From: a virus
DNA length: 64,000 nucleotides
IMG/VR virus record: IMGVR_UViG_3300035034_000924
Location: 21,399-85,398 of that record
Reading direction: 5' to 3' (one strand)
The position numbers and the translations under genes are program-made. The notes below the pieces were generated by a model, which ran no database searches, was not told where the DNA came from, and saw nothing but the letters and a program-made list of their open reading frames with translations. Positions 1-10,922 of the stretch are shown in pieces (within the stretch, counting starts at the first letter, position 1; each line of letters opens with the position of its first letter).

Positions 1-1
1 G

Positions 2-3000
2 TTCGAATCTGCCCTTAGCGACATCCAGAAGACTACTGGGTTCACAGATACATCCATCAAGGCCCTAGGCCAATCCTTACGAGACCTATCTATTGAGATA
101 GGTGTGAGCGCCACTGAGCTTGCCTCTATCGCCGCAGCAGCGGGCCAGTTAGGTCTAGGCAACCAAGGTAGGCAGGCTATCCTAGCGTTTACTGATACGG
201 TCGCCCGTTTCGCTACCGTAGCTGACCTTTCTGTTGACGCAGCGGGTACGTCTATCGCCAAGATTAGTAACCTGTTCCAGATACCAATTAACCAAGCTGA
301 GCGAGTCTCTTCTGCGTTTAACGAACTATCCAACACCACGGTCGCTACGGCTGACCAACTAGTAGACATCGTTCGCCGTATCGGTTCAGCGGGTGGTCTC
401 CTTGAGTTCGCAGAAACTGCAGCAATCGCAGCGACGTCACTAGAACTTGGCCAGACAGTGGAAGTAGCAGGCACTGCTGTAACCAAAGCATTCGCCAACA
501 TGCGGGTAGCTGCTGCAGACTTCGCGGAGCTTCAAGAGCTGTCCACAGATCAGTGGGTAGAGAATCTACAAACTAGTGGCATACAGGCGCTTAAGGATGT
601 CATTTCGACTATTGGCGAACTGGAGGGCGTGGCGCAAGGCGCGGAGATTCGTAACTTGTTTGGCGGGGGTAGGCAGTTTGCTTTCATCTCTAGGCTGGTT
701 GAGGACGCACAGAACGACTTCAAGATACTAGACGCTACTCTGGCAAACTCAAGAAACCAGTTCGATCTAGCTACCAGCTCTATCGAAGAGTTCGCTAATA
801 AACAACGAAGCACCCAGAGACAGATAGGCCTTACTACCGTGGCATTTACCGACCTGTCTATCGTAGCGGGCCAGAGGTTCCTTCCAGCATTCAGGGACGT
901 ACTGGGTAGCCTGAGAGACTTCGCTACCTCGGAGGAGACTATAAATAGGGTCGAGGCATTCGCTGATAATTTGCTTGCAGCTGCTCAGGCTTCTTCCAGC
1001 TTCCTTGCGTCGTTTGGCCCGATACTGCCGAGCTTAGAAACATTCGTATCTATACTAACCATACTGAGTGGGCTAGTAGTACTCAGATCTATTATAGGTT
1101 TGTTCGCTGGGTTAGCTACCCCTATAGGCGTTGCGTCCAATCTGATAGGAGGGTTCGGTAAGTTAGTGACACTTGCCGTTACTCAGGTTGCTATATTAGT
1201 ACCTGCGTTGACGGGATTAGGTAATGCCTTCTTGTTGTTCTCTGGTAAGATCGCAGCAGCCGCGACCGCAGCCAGAGCTGTGCTGTTAGGTCCGGCAGGT
1301 ATTGTCATCGCCATAGCTGCAGGTATTGCACTACTTATACCACAGGTGCGCGAGGCGTTAGGTGACTTCGTTGATCTATTCCGTGACGGGACTGATGAAC
1401 TAGCCGCGAGTAACCGGGCCACGCTGCGAGAGGTCGAGCGGGACATAGCCGCATTCCAAGAAGCACTGGAGTCCAATAACGGCAGAGGCATTGAAGCAGT
1501 TAATCTCGACTCTAAAAATGTCGATGACCTGATTGCGAAAATATCCAAGCAGATAGGTATCGTTGGCCAACTGCAGGGAGCCATAAGAGGCGCTACTTCG
1601 GAGCAGCAAAGATTGCGGGAGGAAGGGGAGCGTACCCTAGGGGCCTACGATGACGTGACAGCGTCAATCTCCAACCTAGAGAGACAACAGCTATCGTTCC
1701 AAGAAAAGGCCTCCACGGCCTCTCAGGGAGCTGCAGCGTCGGCTCAGGAATCCTTAAGGCGGGTAACAGCCGAGCTTGACACACAAAGGCAGCGGGCTTC
1801 CCTGCTAGAAAGACAGATTGCAAACGTCCAGAGGCAATACTCGCAAGTAGGCGATGCTGGGGCAAGGTTCTCTGCTGAGTTCCAAACAGCGGTGGTTAGC
1901 CTAACTCAGGTACTAAGTAATAGTGAGTTCCGTGCGATACAGGCAAACCTCCAGCTCGATGAGCAGAGACGGTCACTTATTGCCCTGCGTAAAGAAATCA
2001 GAGAGCTAGGTTCTTTGGATGCGAGTGCGCTGGACGAAGAAGCAGTATCTTCAAACAACGCCAGACTGTTAGAGCTTGAACAGCAATCTACCAGTACGGA
2101 AATAGCCGTAGCAGATCTTACGGAAGTAGTTGACGAGCTAGCCCCTGCATTGAAAGGCGCGATACCAGAATCAGTACTGGCTACGCTCAGGGGTTTCGAC
2201 AACGAAGTACAGGACGGGCTAGTCAAGTCGTTAGGTGATGTACGTAATAACTTGGAGACTGTAGTATTCAGCACGAGCGGTGCGGTAAGAGAACTGACTT
2301 CGCTGGTCGCTACCTTGATACAGGCGGAAGCCCAAGCCCCTGCGCTTAAACTTTTGTCAGACAGAGCTACAGAGACAGCCAAGTCTGTATCGGGTATCTT
2401 CGACAACTTGCCCAGTGTCATAGCAGCAACACGCCAGCAGTTGGCCGATTTCGTATCTCGTATTGACGATATCCCTGCGCAACGAAGACTTACGATCAGG
2501 CTATCCACGGAGCGGGAAGATATCACGGACCTGTTCGATAAAGAGCAAGCACGGATAACTAAACGATTTGAAGATGCTGTTGCCAGAATTCAGGACATAG
2601 ATTCGGGGGCAGGCCAAAGAAGACTCACTCAGTTAACCAGACAGCGTGATCGTTCGATAGAGATAGCGGAGAGCACCAGAGACACCTCACAGGCTCAGCT
2701 GGAGCTTCAAGGCGCTACAGAGAAGTTCAACAACCTTCTGGAGCGGTCTGCGCAGTTACGGTCTCAGGCAGGCATTCTGCAGAAGCAGATTAACGACCTT
2801 AGTGCGGATGGGCGAACCTTAGACGCAGAAGGCGTTAGGCAGCAGACCCAGCTTCTAGAAAGAATGAAGCTTGTTCAATCCCAGATCCGTTCTATCAACC
2901 CAGACATTCTGGCTAGTGCAGAGTCCTTTGGTTCCATCACTTCTGAAGTAGGTGAGATTGATCGGGCGCTCGGCAAAGAGCTAATACCGGACGCTCTGTT

Positions 3001-4033
3001 TGACGAATTCGCCACCCAAGCCAAAGAGTCAATACAAGCTAACGTCACTGCACTAGGCTCTCTGGTCGAGGCAGGCGGGCAAGCCGCAATAGAACTTAAG
3101 GCAGCTGCCCAAGAAATCGGCGGGATCGACTCGGTAACCAAGTCAGCTAACGAAAGGATCGAACAGCTGCTTAAAGGCCTAGGCGCTACCCAAAGTTTGG
3201 TGAAAGGGATCAGAGAGAATCTGGAGCAAGGGTTTAACAGCGAAACTGGCCTTGTTGGTCTACTGGACAGGATCACCAAGTTTGGCCAGAGCGGCTTCGA
3301 CATCCCAGTGCGGTTTAATGACACCGAAGAGGTACGTCGGTTGTCGAGTGCTATCCAAGACGCCGCGTTATCTGTTCCTATAAGTTTCGAGACCCAGCAG
3401 GCCATTAACCAACTGCAAGAAGAAGGCGTTAACGACGTCGCTATTACCGTACCTGTTAAGGTCACTCCAGAAAAGTCAGTCACTGAGGTGATAGACGAAG
3501 GCCCGAGAGATGTGGCGGATGTAGACCTATCTGTTGATGATAGCAACCTTCGCAGGATCGTAGATAAGGAATACACGGCCAAGCTGAAACTTGAGGTAGA
3601 CGTCGTAGGCGGTAACTTACAGGGCGAAGGTGTTTTACAGGACCTTATCCCCGCGTTTGCCAGCGGCGGTGGTGTTCGAGGACCGGGCACAGGCACGTCA
3701 GATTCAATACTCGCTAGGCTTTCCAATGGCGAGTACGTAATGGATGCACTTACCACGAGCAGGTTCGGCTCTGGGTTCTTTGCCAGCTTGCAGAAGCTAG
3801 CTAGGAGGGGCGTATCCGTGCCTAAGTTCGCCAACGGTGGGCCAGTAGGTAGCGTAAACTCGCCTAGAGGCGTCCAAGGTATCGCATCTGCTGCAGGCGG
3901 TCTAGCATCCGATGTAGTCAGACTAGTACTGGACATGGGGGACGAATCGGTCGAGCTAACAGGCGATAGGGCTGACGTCGAGAGATTGCAGCGAAGGCTG
4001 AAGAACGTCACTAAGAGAGGCGGGATAAGATAA
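2..4033 (+). CDS. Tail tape measure protein (TP901-type core), 5'-truncated by window edge
   Basis: Frame is open from base 2 (FESALSDIQKTTG...). Ala/Leu-rich helical N-terminal core, hydrophobic segment, long coiled coil, and C-terminal FASGGGVRGPGTGTSDSILARLSNGEYV motif typical of TMP C-termini. Confidence 0.92.
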   Translation, partial: FESALSDIQKTTGFTDTSIKALGQSLRDLSIEIGVSATELASIAAAAGQLGLGNQGRQAILAFTDTVARFATVADLSVDAAGTSIAKISNLFQIPINQAERVSSAFNELSNTTVATADQLVDIVRRIGSAGGLLEFAETAAIAATSLELGQTVEVAGTAVTKAFANMRVAAADFAELQELSTDQWVENLQTSGIQALKDVISTIGELEGVAQGAEIRNLFGGGRQFAFISRLVEDAQNDFKILDATLANSRNQFDLATSSIEEFANKQRSTQRQIGLTTVAFTDLSIVAGQRFLPAFRDVLGSLRDFATSEETINRVEAFADNLLAAAQASSSFLASFGPILPSLETFVSILTILSGLVVLRSIIGLFAGLATPIGVASNLIGGFGKLVTLAVTQVAILVPALTGLGNAFLLFSGKIAAAATAARAVLLGPAGIVIAIAAGIALLIPQVREALGDFVDLFRDGTDELAASNRATLREVERDIAAFQEALESNNGRGIEAVNLDSKNVDDLIAKISKQIGIVGQLQGAIRGATSEQQRLREEGERTLGAYDDVTASISNLERQQLSFQEKASTASQGAAASAQESLRRVTAELDTQRQRASLLERQIANVQRQYSQVGDAGARFSAEFQTAVVSLTQVLSNSEFRAIQANLQLDEQRRSLIALRKEIRELGSLDASALDEEAVSSNNARLLELEQQSTSTEIAVADLTEVVDELAPALKGAIPESVLATLRGFDNEVQDGLVKSLGDVRNNLETVVFSTSGAVRELTSLVATLIQAEAQAPALKLLSDRATETAKSVSGIFDNLPSVIAATRQQLADFVSRIDDIPAQRRLTIRLSTEREDITDLFDKEQARITKRFEDAVARIQDIDSGAGQRRLTQLTRQRDRSIEIAESTRDTSQAQLELQGATEKFNNLLERSAQLRSQAGILQKQINDLSADGRTLDAEGVRQQTQLLERMKLVQSQIRSINPDILASAESFGSITSEVGEIDRALGKELIPDALFDEFATQAKESIQANVTALGSLVEAGGQAAIELKAAAQEIGGIDSVTKSANERIEQLLKGLGATQSLVKGIRENLEQGFNSETGLVGLLDRITKFGQSGFDIPVRFNDTEEVRRLSSAIQDAALSVPISFETQQAINQLQEEGVNDVAITVPVKVTPEKSVTEVIDEGPRDVADVDLSVDDSNLRRIVDKEYTAKLKLEVDVVGGNLQGEGVLQDLIPAFASGGGVRGPGTGTSDSILARLSNGEYVMDALTTSRFGSGFFASLQKLARRGVSVPKFANGGPVGSVNSPRGVQGIASAAGGLASDVVRLVLDMGDESVELTGDRADVERLQRRLKNVTKRGGIR

Positions 4034-4431
4034 TGCCTGAAGTAGGAAGTATCTCATTAGGCGGGGTAGATCTTAACAACAGCCTGCAATGGAATAACCG
4101 ATACCAATGGAGTCCGGCGCAGCAGAATGTAAGATCGACTCTGCTAGGTAACCAAGTGATATACCAGCAGGTAGTCACTGTAGGCAGGCCAATCGACTTG
4201 GAGGCCACCGACACCACAGGATGGCTGACCAAGGCCATGGTAGACAGTCTGCTTGCGTTAGCAGAAGAGCCTTCGGTAACTCGAACTCTGGTATTCCACG
4301 GAGAGAGCTACCAAGTGAAGTTCAAATACGAAGAGAATCAGTCCCCTGTAGCGTTTGTCCCTATACGAACGAAGCAGGTTCTATCCCCAGAAGATTGGAT
4401 GGTCGGGACAATTAAATTGTTTACGGTGTAG
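4033..4431 (+). CDS. Putative distal tail protein
   Basis: Immediately follows TMP (TAATG overlap); 132 aa with RSTLLGNQVI...GRPIDL...GWLT pattern seen in post-TMP tail proteins. Confidence 0.6.
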   Translation: MPEVGSISLGGVDLNNSLQWNNRYQWSPAQQNVRSTLLGNQVIYQQVVTVGRPIDLEATDTTGWLTKAMVDSLLALAEEPSVTRTLVFHGESYQVKFKYEENQSPVAFVPIRTKQVLSPEDWMVGTIKLFTV

Positions 4432-4455
4432 GTTACACCTATAATCTAATAAACT

Positions 4456-4469
4456 TGCAAACGTTTGCA
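4456..4469. repeat. Dispersed palindrome, perfect copy
   Basis: TGCAAACGTTTGCA, intergenic. Confidence 0.9.
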
Positions 4470-4488
4470 TTAACACGAGGATTTTGTA

Positions 4489-5484
4489 ATGACCATCTTA
4501 GCCGCCGAAGTTAAATTCTATAAGTCAGCCGAAGTGTCTGACGCAATCACCAATGGCGGGCTAATGTCTGCCATACAGTCAGTAAGTAACGTATCGGAAA
4601 ACGTCTTCCCTAGCGTACCTCTTGCTGAGCGGACTGCGGGATCGACCAAGTACCGAAAGCTGTTCGCTAAAATTGCAAGCGTCAGTAACGAGACGCTGCA
4701 GAACTCCAAGATCTATCTTACGCAGCCTAGCCCCGGCGATGATGTTGTCACGATCTTTGCTGCAACCCAGACGGATGTACAGGATGACATTACGGGATCT
4801 GAAGACCACTTCGGTTCTGGCAGTCTCAATGCTTCTGTACTTGCTGGAGTAACCAGCATCGACGTTCTGGTAGAAGATGATTCACTGGATCGTATATTCC
4901 GTATCGGGGAGACCATACGCATATCTGACCAAGCGACGGTCGGTGGTGCGGGCAACGAAGAGTACAGAGAACTCACAGGCGTAAGTTACGTCGGTGATGT
5001 TGCCAGTTTGTCTTTCGCATCCGGCCTAGCCAACCCATACGATAGCAGTGACTCATATGTCAGCTCAGGTGTAGACGCAGGCAATATCGTAGGTAGCTTC
5101 GACGGTTTCGTTGTTACCTCGTCTGCAGGCGCTTACGATGACTCTGGTTCTCCTGTAGCGGTAGATTCCATCGCGGGCATCGAAGACACGATCACCCTGA
5201 CGTTTACCTCCGCTACGGCATTCACTGCAGTCGGTGCGAACGCTGGCGCTCTGGGGTCGGGTACATTAGGTTCTGACTTCTCCCCTAACAACGCAGACTT
5301 TGGCGAACCATACTTTACGCTTCTGTCTGCAGGTTTCTCGGGTACATTTGCCGCGTCGGATACTATTGTATTCAACACCCACCCAGCTTCGTTCGGTATA
5401 TGGTACAAGCGTACGGTTCCTTCAGGGGCTGCTGCGTTAAGCGGTAATACAGTCCGTACCATGGTATATGGCGAGAATGTCTAA
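4489..5484 (+). CDS. Virion tail-tip/baseplate structural protein
   Basis: 331 aa, Gly/Ser/Thr beta-rich; NGG-x-M...NVFP-x-V...ER-x-AG...YRK N-terminal pattern of phage tail proteins; GAGG RBS. Confidence 0.6.
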   Translation: MTILAAEVKFYKSAEVSDAITNGGLMSAIQSVSNVSENVFPSVPLAERTAGSTKYRKLFAKIASVSNETLQNSKIYLTQPSPGDDVVTIFAATQTDVQDDITGSEDHFGSGSLNASVLAGVTSIDVLVEDDSLDRIFRIGETIRISDQATVGGAGNEEYRELTGVSYVGDVASLSFASGLANPYDSSDSYVSSGVDAGNIVGSFDGFVVTSSAGAYDDSGSPVAVDSIAGIEDTITLTFTSATAFTAVGANAGALGSGTLGSDFSPNNADFGEPYFTLLSAGFSGTFAASDTIVFNTHPASFGIWYKRTVPSGAAALSGNTVRTMVYGENV

Positions 5485-5486
5485 AC

Positions 5487-6476
5487 GTGGTCACGAAGAG
5501 AGTAGACGCAAGCCAGAGAGTACCGTTCGACTCTGGGTCCCGTGAGCCGATAGCAGAAGACAAGCTTGCATTAGAGCTTGTCCCTAGCTTCGACGATCCG
5601 GGTGCGTCTAGGCCTCCTTGGCAGACCGTGCGGCTGTTCCCTGCATTGAACGGGGTGAATGTAGAAGCTTCCAGAGGTGATGTCGAATACACCGGAACTT
5701 CCGGTCAGCTAAGCCGATCAGAGTTCGTGGAGTTTAACGGCAGCCGGACTTCTTCTGTTCAGTACCCCATCGACGGCGGGAGCATACAGCCAGTAGTAAA
5801 GTTCGCCTACGATCTGGACGGTAACGAGATAGGTGCGAATTTCCTTAGCTTCGTCGCATACAACAACCAAAAAGAGATTGTCTGTAATAGGGAGTTTGTC
5901 GGGGCAGTACAGATAGACTACGTGTCGTCTTACAAGATCTACCGATACCAGCCAGAAGACGGCGTCATCTACAGCCCCACGGGCCAACTACTGTTCGCTA
6001 ACTACGGGACGATACTCGCCTTCAAGGATCAGCAATTTGCTACGCTGGAGATACAGCCACCTACCTTGAACTTCGATCAGTCGTCTTTCAAGAAAGAGCT
6101 GTATCGCGTGGTCTCCGTGATTCAAGTCAACGAAAACGGGCCATGGGAAAAGATAGAAGATTTCGATACAGGATCTTCATGGCCTGACGGGAATGCTCCT
6201 GCAGATGGGGATAGCCTTTTTGAGTACGAGCGGGTGCATGAGATAGGCTACGTGTCCACTTTCCACAGGGGATTCGTAAACTACGAAACAAGGTCTATTG
6301 CTTTCGAGCAAGGGCCTGCTAGTGGCGACTACGTACCCGACACGCTGGAAGCACAATTCAAGTCACCTTCTGATTTCCAATCGGACTTCCTCGACGCTTA
6401 CAACCAGATCAGTATCGACAGTGCTATAGCGGGCATTAGAGATAGGTGGGGATCTGGCATAACCATAACGGAATAG
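5487..6476 (+). CDS. Putative tail structural protein
   Basis: 329-aa ORF tightly packed in the tail operon. Confidence 0.55.
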   Translation: MVTKRVDASQRVPFDSGSREPIAEDKLALELVPSFDDPGASRPPWQTVRLFPALNGVNVEASRGDVEYTGTSGQLSRSEFVEFNGSRTSSVQYPIDGGSIQPVVKFAYDLDGNEIGANFLSFVAYNNQKEIVCNREFVGAVQIDYVSSYKIYRYQPEDGVIYSPTGQLLFANYGTILAFKDQQFATLEIQPPTLNFDQSSFKKELYRVVSVIQVNENGPWEKIEDFDTGSSWPDGNAPADGDSLFEYERVHEIGYVSTFHRGFVNYETRSIAFEQGPASGDYVPDTLEAQFKSPSDFQSDFLDAYNQISIDSAIAGIRDRWGSGITITE

Positions 6477-6480
6477 TGTC

Positions 6481-8304
6481 ATGGCTATCGCCAAAAGCAC
6501 ACCTAACCATCAGTTTGGTCGAGTACTTAAATTCATACTGGGTACAGTCACAGGGCTATTCAACTGCACGACAGAAGACTCAGGCGGGCCGTATAAGATC
6601 GTGTACGACGCAGCCGAAGATGAGTACCTAGTCACAGAGTCATCACCTCCTGATGCTTCTCTAGGGGAGTACGAGAACGCCACCCAGACTAACCCACCAC
6701 CCTACAACGCTTACTGGCAGGGTGCGTATGTAGAAGGGCAGCCGACTAAGTATGTAGGTTACAACGGTCCGATCACTGGGCACTTCCACTCAAGGGAGTT
6801 ACCCAACAACGCCAAGCAGTCTGTGGTGCTAAACGGCAAAGCCTACGACGTAGGGGTCACTGTCAATGGCGCGGGTATCTGTACGGTAAGTGAAGAGACC
6901 GCACCATCCTCCGGCGAGTTCGTTGATGTAGACTACCTGATCGTCGCTACGCACTCCGCAGGAGATGACGATATCGCCCTGCAGTTTTCTAAGAAAAAAG
7001 TATCCGAGGTAAAAGCAGCCAGCTTCTCTGGGCTGACGAGCGGGGATGTATTCTACGAACACTACGCGCCTAACGTCACAACCTCGCAGAGCGCCATTAA
7101 CTTCTACTGGAGAGCGGCAGAGAATATGCACCCCGTATCCATTAGCGGGGATGGGCTTAAAGCAGTGTACTACGACGGAAACGGGCAAGGGTCTAACTTC
7201 CACACCTACCACGAGTATACTTTTGATGCGGACCTAGGTGGCGGGTCTGTAGTGACGACTACCTCTTCTCAGCCAGGCAAAACAACCACCGGAACAAACA
7301 CCACTAGCGGCGGTGGATCGAGCAAGACAAAATCCAACGTGGAAACAGAAGACGTTACGGTAAACGACGTGGTTATCGCTGCAGCGTACGTTAACGACAC
7401 GATTAAGTTCATGAAGTACAGCATCACAATGGAGTCTAGCTATTCCTCTGTCACAACAGTTACTGACGCCACTGCAAACGGCAGCGGGTCTTTCACTTAC
7501 GACCTAGAGTACCCTACCGAAACCGACAGTTTCTCTGGTTCGTACTCCTTTAACACTATGGATACGCCGACAAACCCGCCCACAGGTACTACCACCATAA
7601 ACAGCGACCACTTTGCGCTGGCAGGTAACAACCTAGGCAGGGTGCCGATAAACACATACATAGTGTTTATAGATTTCTATGCAGACGTCTACCTTCGCAA
7701 CTACCGGTTCTCGGAAGGGGGCACTGCAAGCCCCGGCGTAGTTGGCGGGTCCATGACTTTCTATCTGGAACCAAAATACTCCTTCAGCAGAAAGGACGGT
7801 ACGCCTGTCACTAACCAAGGGGTCCAGAGATTCGCTGGAGGTACTAGCCTATCCGAAGGCACAAACGTAACTGGACAAGATGGCTACTTAACCGACAATC
7901 TGCTACCCGCATTTTCGATTAAATGGGTATCCCCCAGTGGGATAAACGGAACCACGCCTTATAGCTTTACGCAAAGCTATGCGTCCGGCCCTAGATTTGC
8001 GACCATGGAGGAGTTCTACGGTGCAAACGAAGAGGCTAACAGAAAGTACCTAATGAACCACAGAAACCCCGTAGACGGTGCTGTACTTTCTAGATGGAAG
8101 CCACAGTTCTTAGCGGGGAACTACCGGACGCCCCGAGGTAGGTTTGTGCAAAGGAATACTTTCCCCGTGGGGGCGGTAGGTATGAGTCAGTACTTTGTAT
8201 CTGACGGGTTATGGAACGACGTACTTACGCCTCCCCTGCTCAGCACTGTAGACGAAGAGACGGATATCATCGACAATAGCAATATATCATTAGTGGTGCC
8301 CTAA
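6481..8304 (+). CDS. Putative tail/virion protein (Thr/Ser/Gly-rich)
   Basis: 607-aa beta-rich ORF in the tail operon. Confidence 0.55.
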   Translation: MAIAKSTPNHQFGRVLKFILGTVTGLFNCTTEDSGGPYKIVYDAAEDEYLVTESSPPDASLGEYENATQTNPPPYNAYWQGAYVEGQPTKYVGYNGPITGHFHSRELPNNAKQSVVLNGKAYDVGVTVNGAGICTVSEETAPSSGEFVDVDYLIVATHSAGDDDIALQFSKKKVSEVKAASFSGLTSGDVFYEHYAPNVTTSQSAINFYWRAAENMHPVSISGDGLKAVYYDGNGQGSNFHTYHEYTFDADLGGGSVVTTTSSQPGKTTTGTNTTSGGGSSKTKSNVETEDVTVNDVVIAAAYVNDTIKFMKYSITMESSYSSVTTVTDATANGSGSFTYDLEYPTETDSFSGSYSFNTMDTPTNPPTGTTTINSDHFALAGNNLGRVPINTYIVFIDFYADVYLRNYRFSEGGTASPGVVGGSMTFYLEPKYSFSRKDGTPVTNQGVQRFAGGTSLSEGTNVTGQDGYLTDNLLPAFSIKWVSPSGINGTTPYSFTQSYASGPRFATMEEFYGANEEANRKYLMNHRNPVDGAVLSRWKPQFLAGNYRTPRGRFVQRNTFPVGAVGMSQYFVSDGLWNDVLTPPLLSTVDEETDIIDNSNISLVVP

Positions 8305-8305
8305 G

Positions 8306-10042
8306 ATGGCGATAGTACAACAAGAACACATAGCCGTACTGCCGTACTCTGTTCATAGGGAGTTTATAGCGCCGTACGATATCAAGGCAGCCAAAGCGTT
8401 CTCTTTCGACATTGTGTATGCGTTCCTAGCTTATGACGTTGTACAGAAAGAGCACGTTGCCCTGTTCAAAAACGATTCATCTGAATTCAGCCACGACAGC
8501 GTTTGGTCACTGCAGGACAGCGTGTCTTTCGAGCATGTCATAGAATACAACCTGCTAGAAGCAGACCTTATCAAGACAGAGCACGTTGCAACATATCGAA
8601 TGGATACTTCCGCGTTCGAGCACGTATCGACTTGGAGCATTTTGCAAACGCTTGCAAAAGAGCACGTTAGTGAATGGTCTCTAGAAAACTTTGAAAAAAT
8701 CCGACAGGAGCACGAGGCTGTTTACGGGATGGCGGGCTCTGCGTTCGAACACGTATCGGCTTGGGATCTACTGGGTTCCTTATCTAAAGAGCATGTATCG
8801 GTTTACTCGCTAACGTCTCCGTTGGCAGTAGAGTTTGTTGCAGTGTACGAAATGAAGGATCACGATGTAATCAGCAGGGAGCATGGCGCGGTATACAACA
8901 TCTATGATCCGATAGTGATCGACGTCACCGGACAGCCTGTGATTACTTTGGGGGACGGCACAATAGTCGATATCATAGATGCTGACGTGTCTAAGTCAGA
9001 AGACCAGATACACTGGACTTGCACTATTACGCTAGGTGACGTATCAGACTACCAGCTGTTCGAGCAAGATACTCCGTTCGAGTTAGATCTGTTTGGCGAG
9101 AAGTACGATTTCATCGTTGACTCTAAAGAGCTGAACCGAGGCGAAGGTACAGTTAATCGCAACGCTCTAGTAAACGGGGTCTCACCTACTGCCTTAGCTG
9201 ACTCGCCCAGAGCCAGCCAGAGAGAGTACACGTTCGCTACCAGCAAGACTTTGATTACTATGATGCAGGAAATCCTGTCAGGGGTTGGTATTACCCTTAA
9301 TCAGGTAGGTACGATCACTGATGGTCTTATTCCGTTCGAGAGGGCAGGGGTACGTGCTGCTAGTCCGTTGGAAGTTGTATTCAACATGGCAACCAAAGCG
9401 GGCCTAGTGATCTACGCACCCAAGCAAGACCCCGGTGTCCTTAATATCCGAAGGAAGTATCTGTACGATACGCACACGGGGTACACCGCAGGCAACACCT
9501 CAAGCTCAGTGACCGACATGGATAACATCATGCGTTTGGTCGAGCAATTCGTGCCTTCTCGCCTAGTTGATCGGGTCAGGATCTTCGATAGCCAAGGCAC
9601 GTTCAAGGACAAGATAACATTCGAACTGGACACTGATAACGCAGGCAATAGATTAGCCAAGCAGGGCACTGCAAGGATCTACCCGTCCCCAGCAAGAGAG
9701 GCGCTAGACAACCCCGTACTGGACAACGTGAATAAACCAGAAATAAAGCTGGAGTTTTTGGGTCAAGAGACGGAGACTATCGAGGGCGAAGAGCTGACGT
9801 TTAACGCAGGCATAGCCTCGGTAGACTTCCCTATAAACAGTATGGTGTCCATAGATTGGCAAGGAGTCTCGCTGGTAGGGGTGACGTATGAGCCCGGTTC
9901 GTCTACAATCCGAGGAACGGACACAAGCACTAACGGCGGGTACGCGGTAGCCATAGTGAGCTACACAACCATTTCAAGAAAGTACAGGGTAATAGCGAAC
10001 ACGGAAGAGGCCATAGACCTGCTTCTGAGCTATCAGGATTAG
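8306..10042 (+). CDS. Tail-tip hub-like protein with N-terminal EH-x3-[YW] repeats
   Basis: 578 aa; about 14 tandem 14-17-aa repeats (e.g. AFEHVSTWSIL, AKEHVSEWSLE) followed by a hub-like beta region. Confidence 0.55.
   Translation: MAIVQQEHIAVLPYSVHREFIAPYDIKAAKAFSFDIVYAFLAYDVVQKEHVALFKNDSSEFSHDSVWSLQDSVSFEHVIEYNLLEADLIKTEHVATYRMDTSAFEHVSTWSILQTLAKEHVSEWSLENFEKIRQEHEAVYGMAGSAFEHVSAWDLLGSLSKEHVSVYSLTSPLAVEFVAVYEMKDHDVISREHGAVYNIYDPIVIDVTGQPVITLGDGTIVDIIDADVSKSEDQIHWTCTITLGDVSDYQLFEQDTPFELDLFGEKYDFIVDSKELNRGEGTVNRNALVNGVSPTALADSPRASQREYTFATSKTLITMMQEILSGVGITLNQVGTITDGLIPFERAGVRAASPLEVVFNMATKAGLVIYAPKQDPGVLNIRRKYLYDTHTGYTAGNTSSSVTDMDNIMRLVEQFVPSRLVDRVRIFDSQGTFKDKITFELDTDNAGNRLAKQGTARIYPSPAREALDNPVLDNVNKPEIKLEFLGQETETIEGEELTFNAGIASVDFPINSMVSIDWQGVSLVGVTYEPGSSTIRGTDTSTNGGYAVAIVSYTTISRKYRVIANTEEAIDLLLSYQD
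8643..8656. repeat. Dispersed palindrome, 1 mismatch
   Basis: TGCAAACGCTTGCA, in CDS (LQTLA). Confidence 0.85.
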
Positions 10043-10062
10043 CGAAATTCGGGAGAATAAAT

Positions 10063-10593
10063 ATGGCTAGGCAAGTCACAGCAACGCTGAGTATTGGTTT
10101 TGGTAACGTAACCTCTGAGTCGGACGGCGCAGATACGTTAATCGCAGAAATAGATACCAGAGTGGACGGCCTGAATAAAGGCAAGCGGAGCTTCCTGCCG
10201 GGGGACGATGTATTCATTCTGGTATACAGAGGATCTAACGTAACAATTGATGATGCGATCATTAGTCTAGGTTCGATCAACTACAGGCCCGGCAACTCCC
10301 CACAGATCGTGGAACTAGAAGAGGATATAGTTTTTGCTAATGAATCCGACGCTAGCCTGACTCGTCCGATACTCAGCATCCAATCCGATCAATGGCTGGG
10401 TACGGACCTAGGTAATGTAGTCAAGACAGGGGAGTTGCAGGTCAGCCTATCGAACCCTCCGGTGAATAACTATGCGGGCGTAAACAGGGTAGGGTACACG
10501 GCCAATGCGGATGTGTATCAGCTATCAGGTACGCTTCTCAACGGCACCAGTGAATACGAGATTGTGGTTGTCTTTATCGGTACAGCGGTATAA
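10063..10593 (+). CDS. Putative tail protein
   Basis: 176 aa, GGAG RBS, within the tail operon. Confidence 0.55.
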   Translation: MARQVTATLSIGFGNVTSESDGADTLIAEIDTRVDGLNKGKRSFLPGDDVFILVYRGSNVTIDDAIISLGSINYRPGNSPQIVELEEDIVFANESDASLTRPILSIQSDQWLGTDLGNVVKTGELQVSLSNPPVNNYAGVNRVGYTANADVYQLSGTLLNGTSEYEIVVVFIGTAV

Positions 10594-10595
10594 AC

Positions 10596-10922
10596 ATGGA
10601 AGCAGTAGATATCACTGTAGTCAGGGGGGTAGGTAGCAAGGAAGGCGAAGATATCTTCGAACCTATCTTAGCCACCGAAGGACTTGCACTGCAGAGAGGC
10701 AAAGCTGAGATAAACGAACGATCCCAGCCCATGTCCGAGAAAGAGATTACGCTGCCGTTCACGTCAGGTATAGAGGCGGGCCAGCTAATGCTCGTCACAG
10801 ACTCCCTACAAGGCGCTGTGTACGTCGGTAAGGTAACAGCTACCAGACATAGCGTAAGGATCAATCCGCCTGAGAGCGCCACTGTGGTGACTCTGGAGGT
10901 GCCTTTACTAGGCAGGTACTAG
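10596..10922 (+). CDS. Putative tail protein
   Basis: 108 aa, tight packing in the tail operon. Confidence 0.5.
   Translation: MEAVDITVVRGVGSKEGEDIFEPILATEGLALQRGKAEINERSQPMSEKEITLPFTSGIEAGQLMLVTDSLQGAVYVGKVTATRHSVRINPPESATVVTLEVPLLGRY

Noticed and set aside
1819-1832. Additional palindrome copy TGCAAACGTCCAGA
   Set aside because: Four mismatches; only the left part matches, so it was not counted.
2875-4011. 378-aa minus-strand ORF
   Set aside because: Antisense shadow of the tape measure gene; Ser/Pro/Thr-rich with no motif or RBS.
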